A stretch of DNA of 64,000 nt, from contig CBFFRQ010000038.1 in NCBI GenBank assembly GCA_965644315.1, positions 293,178-357,177 on the forward strand, written 5' to 3'. Below are positions 49,240-59,309 of the stretch, piece after piece. The position numbers and the translations under genes were made by a program. The notes beneath the pieces are model-generated. The model was not told the DNA's origin and searched no databases. It saw only the letters and a list, made by a program, of their open reading frames with translations. Origin of the DNA: Caecitellus pseudoparvulus. Lineage: Eukaryota; Protista; Bigyra: Bicosoecida. How positions within the stretch are numbered: position 1 is the stretch's first letter; each line of letters starts with the position of its first letter.

Positions 49240-50616
49240 TTACGTGGGCACGACAGCAGTGGTCACTTGGCAGTCGATGGCGCAGCGGTTGAAGCCTCTG
49301 GCCAGGCGGAAGTACCCTGCCTCGCCCCAGGCAGCCCCCCAGCTGTTCTTCACGAGCCAGTACGGAAGCCCCGAGGCGGCGTCAGTGCCGTACCCCACCA
49401 GCAAGACTGCGTGGTCCAATGCATCGCACTGTGAGGAGCAAGCGAGGAACCCGGTGGGGTTCCACACGCCCCCGCCGTACCACTCCAAACCAGTTGCGTC
49501 CATGAGCACTGACAGCGGCCCCTGCTGAGCCAGCGCCAGCTTCATCGCAGTCTCGTTAGCGTCAATGCGGTGCCAGCCAGAGATGGTGGCTGCTGGTGTG
49601 TGGCTGGCGCACACGAGCTTGGACCGTGTGTGGTTGCAGTAGGTGGGGGGCGGCCCGCAGAACGTCGTGTTGGGGTTCAACATGCACGGGTAGCAGGCGC
49701 CGGTCCCTGCGCAGTACGGGTGCGACGCCGCGCTGGGCACGCCGCCCACACTTTCGATGAAGCCGTATGCGCGGTACGGCCACCCTCCAAACACGGAGCA
49801 GTCGCGATCATCACAGTCCTGGGTGTCGGGAGCGGCGTTTGGAGTGTGCCGAAGTGCTGCGTTGCGAGCACCTTCGAACAGAGCACGTACCACCAGGTAC
49901 TCGGCACTCAGAGGGGTGAGCCCATGCCCCGCAAGTGCCCATTGCCCCTCGATGTTTTCCACCGTCGAAAAGGCCCAGCAGCTGCCGACAGTGCCCTGCG
50001 ATGGAGTGGAGGGTGCGGGGTGTGCCAGCCGTCGCGCCTGTCCCCGCAACGCAGTGACAACACACTTGATCTGACACGGGTGTCACGCAGGGAACGGAGG
50101 AGTTACGCCAATCCAGAGTATCGGGCAGGCCCTGTGTGGTAGGCGCACGCGGAGGGGCGTGGGTCTTCGTCAGAGGCGTTGCTGGTTGCAGCAACAAAAT
50201 CCGCACCTGAGCGTCGCCTTGGGCAAGCGGAAGCACTGGCTGACGCGCGAACTCCGGGTGGGATCGGCGGGCGAGGCGACGAGCCTTGATTTCCTCGGGT
50301 GTCCAGTCTGCAAACTGAAGGGCCACGTTGCAGTTCAATGGACAAGGCGAGTGGGAAGGCTGTGGGAGGTGGTTGGCTGGTGTCTCACCCGGTTCACCTC
50401 CGCCCAGAACTGTCCCTTGCCCTCCCGATTCAGGCTAGCAATGACCTTCAGATTTTCCTCATACACTTTTTCCCTCTGGATGAAGTCTTGGACTCCGTAC
50501 TGCTTCCCGTAGCGGCGTGAGAACTCCTTGAAGGTAGGCGGCTGGGACACGCTGGCTGCGCCACGCAGCAGAGCCAGACAGCCGCAGACAACTGCTGTTG
50601 CGTGCAGGGAACGCAT
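49240..50616 (-). CDS. Papain-family (C1A) cysteine protease with I29 propeptide; 4 introns
   Basis: Signal peptide, ERFNIN-like prodomain (FSRRYGKQY...R..YEEN...N...VNRFADWT.EE), LPDTLDWR, QGTVGSCWAFS, LDHAVLLVGYG, YWLVKNSWG..WGE.GY. Confidence 0.93.
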
Positions 50617-50924
50617 GGTGGACAAAATTGGTACGATGCCGTGCTGGTGTCCGTCTTGGTGGAGCAGGTAGAGGATTGTACGTTTGGGCTCTACATTTAG
50701 CTCGGTGGACGATTGTGCTTGGAAAAGTAGATCGGGTGATCTGACCTGCAGGAAGCTTGCTCAGAATCCAGAGCGAAATCTTGACTAGATGTTCAAAAAT
50801 AACAGGCCCATGCCAGTGTCCTCTCGCATGATACCACAGGGCAGTGTGGCGATTGCCAGCGAAGTGTTCTACTTGCCATTCACCCGTGTGTCGATTTGGG
50901 CTGCATGGTCACTTCGTGCTCAGC

Positions 50925-53900
50925 ATGCAAGGCGAGCAAGCTTTTGTGGTGTACCTGGACGATGGGGGGATGCCCCTGCGTCAGGGCCCATTGATCATGC
51001 CATGTGAAGGGTCGTGTCATTGGATGGTGCAGACCTCTGAGTTGGTGGACCTGTCTACTGCACAGCTGTGGCTCGCAGAAGGCGGGCGTGGTGAGGGCGA
51101 GTCCAAGTTCCGCAGGCTGCCTTCGCTACGGGCCACTTTGGATGGGAGCTGGTGTGCAAGCGCAGACCGCCTGCCAGTGGGAAACCACGAGTTTGTCTTT
51201 ATCGTACAGCGCTTCTCTGACGGCAGTGCCATTGACGAGGACCCTCAGGGCACTTGGAGTGACGGCCCGTGGCACGGGCGTGAGCCCAGCACACCCCGCA
51301 CCTTGGCCCAGCTGCCTGGCAGCCCTGGGTGGCTCGTTGGGCCGCGGCAGCACATCGCCGTGCTCCCACGAGGACCGAATGACCAGGAACTAGCTGGGCT
51401 CAGCATGCAGACGGTGCTGACACGGTGTGCGGGGCCCTGTGCGGATTGGCCATCGAGGTTGGGCGCCACCCTGGCCAGCGGCTGCAACATGGTGCACTTG
51501 TCTCCCGTGCAGCAGCTGGGCGCCAGTGGCAGTGCGTACAGCATCAAGGACCAGCTGGCACCTGGGGCATCCCTCTCCCCAGAGCTAGAGCCAGTGCCCC
51601 ACGGAGACACTTCTGTTTGCGGACGGGTGCAGGTCGCAGACCCTGACGCCGCAAAGACTGCGGGAGGCTCCAGCGCCGGAGCACAGGGGGCCGGGGCAGG
51701 GGCATGGTCGGGACTGCGCGCTGCGTTGGAAGAGCTGCGCAGTGCTGGGGCTGGTGCTGCGTGCGACCTGGTGCCCAACCACACTGCCGACGACAGCGAC
51801 TGGTTGCTGGCAGCGCCGGATGCGGCATTCACTCCTGCGAACAGCCCATGGCTGTCTGCAGCATACTCGCTGGACACCTCCATCATGAATTTCTCTGCCC
51901 AGCTCTGCAGCGGCAGCGCACAGTGCCCTGCCGCCGCCATTCTTCGGGAAGTGGTTGGCAGTGCTGATTGCGTCCGCAAGATGTATGAGGGTGAGGCAGG
52001 GCCGCTGGTGAATTGTGAGGCCACAGTGGACGCGTGTGCCGACGCAATGGAGGCGTTTGTGAAGGAAGACGCACGGGTATGGGAGTACTACGTCATGGAC
52101 GTCGACGCAGCTGTTGCAAGCGCTGTGGACGGCCTGGCATTGGTGCCGGCCGCACAGGAAGCGGAATACTGGCAACGGGCGAGTGCGGCAGGTAGCGATG
52201 CTGCAGCGTTGATGGCATCGGCGGTGCAGGATGATACGCTGAAGGGCGAGCTTCTCCCGGCCGATTCGACTGGGCAACCCATGCCCAGTGCAGGGGCGGC
52301 ATGCTCCTCCTTGACTACAGAGTACGATGCGCCGTCCTGGCACAGCCTCGCGTCCATCAAGGCTGACCTTGTGCAGAGCTGCGCAGATGCGTTGCTCGCC
52401 TTGGAAGGTGGACTGGAGAACCCCACCGCAGGCGGGCTGCGGTTCCCGGTTAAGGTGCGCAGTGGCGTGCTTGCAGCTGCAGTGAACTGGCTTGCCTGCT
52501 CAATTGGAGAGCCACCCTTGCGGCAGAAGCGCTGGGCAGGCATGGTGACAGCGGCTGCAGGCGACACGAAGCAGGGCGTCGAAGATGCCGCTCGGCCGCC
52601 ACTGCCTCCACTCTTGCCTCTGGTGAGTGCGAAGCAGGCGGGAGCAGCTGGGGGAGGTGAACTGCCGAGTGACCTCGTGCTGCTTCTTCGCCGAGTGCTG
52701 GAGGCCGTAAACCTGAGGCTTTACGAGCGATACGACGCCGACTTTGCAGCTGCCATGAAGTCAACGCGCTCGACCATGAAGCACAGGTGGCTGTCTGAGT
52801 TTGACGGGGCAGGCCGCGTGTCGCTGGCCACGCCGCTCGTGAATTCGTACTTCGTGCGGTGGGACAGGGAGCCGTGGGAAGGCCAATTTTCCATGGACCC
52901 AGCGAAGTATGCAGCTGTCTTTGCATGCAACGGGTTCGTGTGGGGCGGCGACCCAAAAGTGCCCTTCATCTTCCCAGACCAAGTTGCCAGGTCCATTGCG
53001 GCAGCGGAAGCAGCAGCAGCCCACGACCACTCGCCCCCCTTGCCACACCTCGGGCCGGACGGGGAGGAGTCTGCTGGCCCACAGGTCTCACAGTCTGACA
53101 GTGGCAACTGCGGGGAACATGCAGGCAGCTCCCTGCCGTGGGGATTCCGCCACCCTGTGCTGTCTGCCAGCTGCCCCTTCGTGCGGCGCGAGGTGGTCAT
53201 TTGGGGAGACTGCGTCAAGCTTCGGTACGGCGACGGCAAGGATCTGTCGACGCCCCTGTGGCAGCGCATGCTGCAGTACGCCTGCGAAACTGCTGCGAGT
53301 TTTGATGGCGTGCGCCTGGACAACTGCCATGGCACGCCTCTGCACGTGTCTGCGACGCTTGTGCGGGCCATGCGCAGGGTGCGGCCCAACTTATTGGTGT
53401 TTGCCGAGCTGTTCACAGACAGCTGGGAAGTGGACGCTGAGTTCGTGTCGGTGCTGGGGATTTCTGCACTTGTTCGGGACACGCCCAGCAGTGACTCATC
53501 GACCGGCCTGGCTGCGTTGGTGGGCGGCAACGGCGTGGCTGGCAGCTCCCTTGCGTGGGGCACCCTGGCCTCCCTGCGCACGGCAGCTCGTGACGTGCCC
53601 ACCGCTCTGCCCAGCATTTTGTACGATTGCACCCATGACAACGAGCTTCCTGCCCAACGCCATAGTGTGCAACAGACGCTGCCCATCGCCGCAGCAGTGA
53701 GTTTCTCCAGCGGACCCATCGGTTCAACTCGGGGCGTTGACGAGCTGCTTCCCAAGCAGCTCAATGTCGTGACAGAGCGCCGTCTGTATGCGGAGGACAG
53801 CGACTGGGGCATGCTGCGAGCTCGTCGAGTTCTGTCTCGCTTTCACTCAGCCATGGCTCGTTGGGGCCTCCGTGAGTGTTTCGCTGAGGTGCTTGAGGAG

Positions 53901-56438
53901 TCGGGCATTGTGAAAGTACAGCGCACTAGCGCCTCGTCTGGGATTTGCGTAACCTTGCTGGCACACGCGTTTCCGTCAGGCGTCGGCAGGGGCAGCAAGA
54001 CAACTGTAGTTGATGGCGATGCAGCCCGCGTCGTTGTGCTGGGGCGCATTACTGCTGCCCACTGTGGTGATGGTGCTGCACAGCGCATTGCACCTGTGGA
54101 GCACGAAGTTGATTGGCATCAAGTGGCGGGACTGGAGGAGTGTCTGGGAGCGGGCTCGGCGGAGGAGGCTGTGGCAGCTGTGGAGGGCGCTGCACCGTTG
54201 CCCGGTGCGGAATGGGGCGTCGCTTTCAGCAGCCACGAAGCCTCCAAGGCTGTGGCGACCTTGGATACTTCCAAGTTTGCATGTGGATCCATCGCCGTCC
54301 TTGTCAGCTTCGTGCCGCGGCTGTCAAGCCTCACGCCGCCGATCAAGGTGTGGAGTCCCACGGAGGCAGTCCAGGCCACGGGCGATGGCTTGTTGGAGGG
54401 TGTGTCGATGGACGGGCTTCGGCACTTGTTGTTTCTGTGCGAGGCGGAAGAGCGGGATGCCACAGGGGGCGAGCATGGTGTTTACGTCGTGCCGGGACAT
54501 GGGGCGCTGGCTTGGGCTGGCCTGGCAGGGATTGAGCCCCTGCTGCGTGACATGCTGCGCGAAGATGGCACCTGGCACGCGATCGCCCACCATGCACGGC
54601 ACGGGCTGTGGTACGTGGAGTACGCCAAGACGAGGGCTTCACGCTGCGATGAGCTGGACAGCGTCTGCGCTTGGCTAGAGGAGGTGTCGGCTGCTGCGGC
54701 AGTTCCCACGTTTCGCCGCCCCGCGTTCCTCGCAGCGACAGTCCTGCACCTGTACCATGAAGCGCTGCGCCGTGTTTGGCGCCTCATGGGCGCTGCTCCT
54801 GTGCTGGAGGAGCTGGAAGGTCGCGGGCAAGACTTCGACGAGTGGAGAACAGTGCACGCTGCTGCTCTGTCTGCAGCTCTGCCGTTGCCAGCAGCGTTGC
54901 AGCTGTGTCTCACGTGCCCCATGCTGCTCGGGGAGACGCCATCAGCACCGCTACTGCGCCAGAAGCGGCTGCACATTGACGGGGCATGGTCGCGTGGCGG
55001 TGGCAGCTTGGCTGCCGGCTTGCCGCACTTTAGCACGGGGTACATGAGGTGCTGGGGCCGAGATACATTCATTGCGCTGAGGGGCTTGCTCCTGGCCACC
55101 GGCCAGCGCCAAGCAGCCTTGCAGCACATCGCTGCCTTTGCCTCGGAAGTCGAGCATGGCCTCGTCCCCAACTTGCACAACGCAGGGGAGCGCCCCCGGT
55201 TCAACGCCCGGGATGCCGTGTGGTGGTGGGCACAGGCCGTTGTGGACACAGTTGCACTGTCTCAAGGGGACGCCAGTGCCGACCAGGCGGAAGTCCTGGG
55301 ACTGACCGTTCGGCGGCGAGGCAGCGAAGCTGTCTGCACCGTGGCAGATGTCCTGGTGGAAGTGCTGCAGGCTGCCTGGGAAGGGCGTGCTTTCGTTGAG
55401 GAGGGCGCGGGCCCTGCCATTGACGAGCACATGCAGGAGGAGGGGTTCCATGTCTCCTTTGGCGTGCCTCGGTCTGGAGTGTACGCTCAGGCGGGGCTGG
55501 TGCCGGGTGGAAACCCCCGGAACTGCGGCACGTGGATGGACAAGATGGGCTCTACCCCAGGGCTGAACGCAGGCGTCCCCGCCACACCCCGGCATGGTGC
55601 ACCCATTGAACTGACTGCGCTGCAGGCCAGCGTGCTGAAGTTTGCCGTGGAGCAGGGCCTGGAGGTGCCTGGCGTGCCAGTGCAGGAGTGGTTGCAGCGG
55701 CTTTCTGCACGCGCTGGGGACGCGTACTGGATACCGACACCCGTGCCTGAGTCTCCCACAGGCATGCAGGGGGCGAGCCAGGAAGACATGCAACACCACG
55801 TGCGCAGTGTGTTGGTGAGCCAGTGGAGTCGGGGGGGTCTGCGTGACACCGTTGCTTCCGGCCCTGCTTTTGACGGGCCGCAGCTGCCAGACGCACACTG
55901 GGAGGGCGAGTTCGCTGAGTACCAGCAGCGCTGCAACCAGTTGCTGGCACTGGCAGTTGCGCCTTGGTTGTTTGATTCCAGCGAGGGGGCCGACAAACCC
56001 CGCCTGTCTTCCGCGCTTGCACTGTGCGAACGGCAGTTGCTGGGATGTGGCAGCATGGGTGTCCGGACGCTCAGTCCAGCTGATGCTGCTTTCCGGGGTG
56101 CCTATGACAACAGTGCTGTTGGAGACAAGTCTACAGCAGCGGGTTGGAACTATCACCAAGGTCCCGAGTGGCTGTGGCCATTCGGGTACTACTGGCGCGC
56201 TCGGCTGCATCTGAAGCGACTGCGCGGCGGCAGTGGCGGAGCAGAGGCACTGCACCAGCTGTGGGCGCGCCTCGCGCCACACGTGCGGCATTTGGCCCGG
56301 CAAGCTAGCCACGGTGGACTCCCAGAGCTCATGAACCAAGGCAACACACACTGCCATGACGGTTGCCCGGTGCAAGCCTGGTCGAGCGCCACCGTGCTGG
56401 ATGCATTGCTGGACACGGCAGGCGCCGCGAGGGCGTGA
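50925..56438 (+). CDS. AGL: Eukaryotic bifunctional glycogen debranching enzyme (4-alpha-glucanotransferase/amylo-1,6-glucosidase)
   Basis: SAYSIKDQL, NHTA, IWGDCVKLRYG, GVRLDNCHGTP, AELFT, DCTHDNE, SLAAGLPHF, MRCWGRDTFI, CGTWMDKMG, YHQGPEW, GLPEL, QAWS. The catalytic-motif residues are present. Confidence 0.95.
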   Translation: MQGEQAFVVYLDDGGMPLRQGPLIMPCEGSCHWMVQTSELVDLSTAQLWLAEGGRGEGESKFRRLPSLRATLDGSWCASADRLPVGNHEFVFIVQRFSDGSAIDEDPQGTWSDGPWHGREPSTPRTLAQLPGSPGWLVGPRQHIAVLPRGPNDQELAGLSMQTVLTRCAGPCADWPSRLGATLASGCNMVHLSPVQQLGASGSAYSIKDQLAPGASLSPELEPVPHGDTSVCGRVQVADPDAAKTAGGSSAGAQGAGAGAWSGLRAALEELRSAGAGAACDLVPNHTADDSDWLLAAPDAAFTPANSPWLSAAYSLDTSIMNFSAQLCSGSAQCPAAAILREVVGSADCVRKMYEGEAGPLVNCEATVDACADAMEAFVKEDARVWEYYVMDVDAAVASAVDGLALVPAAQEAEYWQRASAAGSDAAALMASAVQDDTLKGELLPADSTGQPMPSAGAACSSLTTEYDAPSWHSLASIKADLVQSCADALLALEGGLENPTAGGLRFPVKVRSGVLAAAVNWLACSIGEPPLRQKRWAGMVTAAAGDTKQGVEDAARPPLPPLLPLVSAKQAGAAGGGELPSDLVLLLRRVLEAVNLRLYERYDADFAAAMKSTRSTMKHRWLSEFDGAGRVSLATPLVNSYFVRWDREPWEGQFSMDPAKYAAVFACNGFVWGGDPKVPFIFPDQVARSIAAAEAAAAHDHSPPLPHLGPDGEESAGPQVSQSDSGNCGEHAGSSLPWGFRHPVLSASCPFVRREVVIWGDCVKLRYGDGKDLSTPLWQRMLQYACETAASFDGVRLDNCHGTPLHVSATLVRAMRRVRPNLLVFAELFTDSWEVDAEFVSVLGISALVRDTPSSDSSTGLAALVGGNGVAGSSLAWGTLASLRTAARDVPTALPSILYDCTHDNELPAQRHSVQQTLPIAAAVSFSSGPIGSTRGVDELLPKQLNVVTERRLYAEDSDWGMLRARRVLSRFHSAMARWGLRECFAEVLEESGIVKVQRTSASSGICVTLLAHAFPSGVGRGSKTTVVDGDAARVVVLGRITAAHCGDGAAQRIAPVEHEVDWHQVAGLEECLGAGSAEEAVAAVEGAAPLPGAEWGVAFSSHEASKAVATLDTSKFACGSIAVLVSFVPRLSSLTPPIKVWSPTEAVQATGDGLLEGVSMDGLRHLLFLCEAEERDATGGEHGVYVVPGHGALAWAGLAGIEPLLRDMLREDGTWHAIAHHARHGLWYVEYAKTRASRCDELDSVCAWLEEVSAAAAVPTFRRPAFLAATVLHLYHEALRRVWRLMGAAPVLEELEGRGQDFDEWRTVHAAALSAALPLPAALQLCLTCPMLLGETPSAPLLRQKRLHIDGAWSRGGGSLAAGLPHFSTGYMRCWGRDTFIALRGLLLATGQRQAALQHIAAFASEVEHGLVPNLHNAGERPRFNARDAVWWWAQAVVDTVALSQGDASADQAEVLGLTVRRRGSEAVCTVADVLVEVLQAAWEGRAFVEEGAGPAIDEHMQEEGFHVSFGVPRSGVYAQAGLVPGGNPRNCGTWMDKMGSTPGLNAGVPATPRHGAPIELTALQASVLKFAVEQGLEVPGVPVQEWLQRLSARAGDAYWIPTPVPESPTGMQGASQEDMQHHVRSVLVSQWSRGGLRDTVASGPAFDGPQLPDAHWEGEFAEYQQRCNQLLALAVAPWLFDSSEGADKPRLSSALALCERQLLGCGSMGVRTLSPADAAFRGAYDNSAVGDKSTAAGWNYHQGPEWLWPFGYYWRARLHLKRLRGGSGGAEALHQLWARLAPHVRHLARQASHGGLPELMNQGNTHCHDGCPVQAWSSATVLDALLDTAGAARA

Positions 56439-56478
56439 TGCGCCTGAACGCAGTCGCAGTCTTCTCGCCACTGCAGCT

Positions 56479-57935
56479 TCACTCCTTGACCAGAGACACA
56501 GAATGCACACCCGTCACGCCCTCGCGTCGCAGCCTGGCCTTCATGGCAGGCACGTCGTCCTCGCCCATGCCGATGGGGTCTGCCACGCGGATGCGTTCCT
56601 CCCGCCCATCCACGAAGTGCACGTGCAGCAGCGCAGTGGGCGTGCCATCTGCAAGGTGGCTCGTGCGTGCTGCCCCTGTGGTGCCAGAAGCAGTCTCCGC
56701 GGACCCTGCCAAGGAGCCTGCCCCAATCGTCCTGCCCCCTGCATCTGGAGCGCGGGCTGAAGTCATCGCGGCAGTCACGCCCAGCTCAGCGTCCAGGTCG
56801 CCTCGCAGGCCAGCCAAGAGCTCCTCCCGGGACACCGCGCCGCTGCCGTCCACGTCGAAGAAGAGGTACAGCGCAGACAGCTCCCGCTCAGGCAGAGGCA
56901 CGCCCAGGCGCTTGAGGCCTTGGCGCAGAATGGCCAGGCTGATGCTGCCGGAGGGGTCCAGGGGGCGCCCCCCCGCAGCCACTCGTGCCGACTGCTCCAA
57001 GGCATCTGCCAGGGCCTCGGAGCCCAGGGAGGCGGAGCCGTACCGCCGTGTGAGGGCCAGGCGCACCCGATCCAGCACCTGCCCGAGGCCCAGCCCCGCA
57101 CCTGGTGCGAGGGCCATGCTGCTGCCCAGCTTGCGGATGCCTGTGGGCTTGTCTGGCGCATCTGCGTGGCCGATGGTGGGGTCGCCCAGGTCATTTGTGA
57201 AGGCTGCCGAGCGGGCGAAGGGGTTGGCCTTGTTGGCGGCCTCCGAGGCGGGGAACACGCCTTCGGCAAGTCGCTGGGAGTACACGGTGACGGGCGCATC
57301 TCCTGCTGCAGCGGGGCCACCGGCGCCACGTGTCGTGTCCAAGGCGCCCATGGCACCCTCTGGTGCCAGGGATGCGCCGAGTGCGGCGGGGTCCGCTATG
57401 GTGGCCCGGGGCGGCATCCAGCCACAGCTGACGGCGAAGTCCACGTCCCTGGCTGAGGCGGGGAGGGGCTTGCCCTCCTGGGTCTTCATGATGCGCGCAC
57501 CGGAGGCATCTGCGTAGCACTTGTCGTCGTGGCGCGTGAAGGCTGCCTGCTGCGTGGACGTCAGGTACCGCGCGTTGGCCTGGCGTTGCTGCGTGGAGGC
57601 CAGAGTCGACTCGGCGTGCTGCTTGGCTTCGGCTTGCATGCGGGCGAGGCGTGCCCGGGCCCGTGGTGGCAACGGCACACCCTCGAACTCAGCTTGGTGC
57701 TTGATGACGTTGTGTGCGTCGCGGGCCTGGGATTCCACGCCGCGGTAGCTCTGTGCAGCAGCAAAGAGGCCGTGCAACAGCAAAGCGACGCAAGCACCAG
57801 TGCTGGCTGGGAACGCACACCCTGGGCATTGAGCACTCGCGTGGCTGTGCTGGACAGCTGCTCTGCTGTCACCCCAGCTTCAATCAACTGCCGGTCCTCG
57901 AACCAGTTCCCCATCAGCTGCGGCGGGGCAGGCAT
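56479..57935 (-). CDS. EF-hand protein with N-terminal GNWFED (NWE) motif, candidate ciliary microtubule inner protein; 1 intron
   Basis: MPAPPQLMGNWFEDR start, intron about 57750-57821, canonical EF-hand FDVDGSGAVSREEL and a degenerate partner hand DPSGSISL. Confidence 0.65.
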
Positions 57936-58524
57936 GCCGCGTGCTGTGGTGGCGATGCGCGATCTCGCCAAAAACGTGCTCACTCACCGCACGAGGCTTG
58001 CCAGTCTGGTTGAAAGCCATGAGTGTGGTAAGGAGTGGCTAAAGATTGGGGTAGTGACGACCCAAATCGCAGAGCAATGCTCGCTCCGCTGGCCTGCAAC
58101 GGTGCCAATCGGCAGGTAGCGGCGGGCGCCGTGCGGAAATTGCTCCGCCGCAAATGAAGCAGTGTGCGAGTGAAGCGGAAGCGGAGGAGATTTGGGGGGC
58201 GGGGCTTGTGGAAGAGTAAATTTATATGCTGTGAGAGTGTGCGCGCAGCATGGGCCATCTTGAATCGGGAGCGGGGGGACGTAGGGGGAGGCACGGCGAA
58301 GTCGGTGGGCGGTCTTCCCAACGCCTGAAGATGACAAACCTTCCCCGACAACGTCCGCAGCACGAGTCGTTCCAATTCAGTTGTGTTGTGGAGTGAAGTG
58401 CATGGGCGAAGTGCGGCTTGTGGTCTCTGTGGTGCAGGACTGCGGAGGGGAAGCCAAGCAGTCCCATTTCGCAGCTGCGGTTCAGCGTTGAAAGCGTTGC
58501 GTGGGGGAGAGACAGGCTCGCAGA

Positions 58525-58990
58525 ATGGCACTCGAAAGTAGTGCTGACGAGGCACACTTGCAAGGCCAGGCGTCTGCTGAGGAACTCGACCCAAGCACGG
58601 CGGACGGGCGAGAGCAAGCGGTAATTGGTTGCCACGTCAGGCACTCTGCCCTAACCCCGGAAGCACAGAAGAGAATCAAGGCCATCTGCTTTGACTTGGA
58701 CGATACTTTGTGCGTGAATCGGGGCCTAGGCATGCCTTGCATGGTGTCCTTCACGCGTGTGCCCTTCGTTGCAGGTGGGACAATTCAGAGGTTCTGGCTG
58801 CGGCTTGCGCCGCACACACACGCTGGCTGGCGGAAAGGCACCCCGACGTGGAGCAGCCACTCCGAGCTGCACCACTGGGACACCGCATGATGGACATTGC
58901 GAAGCGGCAGACCCACCTGTCCCACTGCTACACACTGCTCCGGGAGGCCGCCGTCCGTGAAGTGCTCGCTGAAGCACAGCTTCCTCCCAG
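58525..58990 (+). pseudogene. HAD-superfamily phosphatase (YigB-like), 5' part only, interrupted by a transposon; intron 58710-58774
   Basis: IKAICFDLDDTL|WD is HAD motif I, followed by the cap segment LSHCYTLLR. The frame runs into the TIR at 58991; motifs II-IV are absent from the window. Confidence 0.8.
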
Positions 58991-59018
58991 GGCCGTGTCT
59001 CATTGAGGCCAGCGGAGG
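58991..59018 (+). repeat. Left terminal inverted repeat
   Basis: GGCCGTGTCTCATTGAG-N6-GGAGG. Confidence 0.88.
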
Positions 59019-59309
59019 CCTCTGAATCGAGAAAATCTGTGAAACGAGAATGCATTTTTTGAAGTTCACGGAAAAGTGCTGCAGGCAGCATGTTTTGTCA
59101 CCTTGACACTAACAGAGGATGTTAGACTTGAACGGCCGCTCTGTCGTGTGCAACAGAGCGTTGTTTATCGAGCCTATTAGCATGCGGAATTTGCCACTTG
59201 CTGGCAGTGGTTTGTGTACCATGGCGAGCAGTGCAGATATGGATATCAAACTCTACTTTTAAACTATTCACAGTAAGTTGTGAGCATACTCTTGGAATGA
59301 TTTGCTGCC

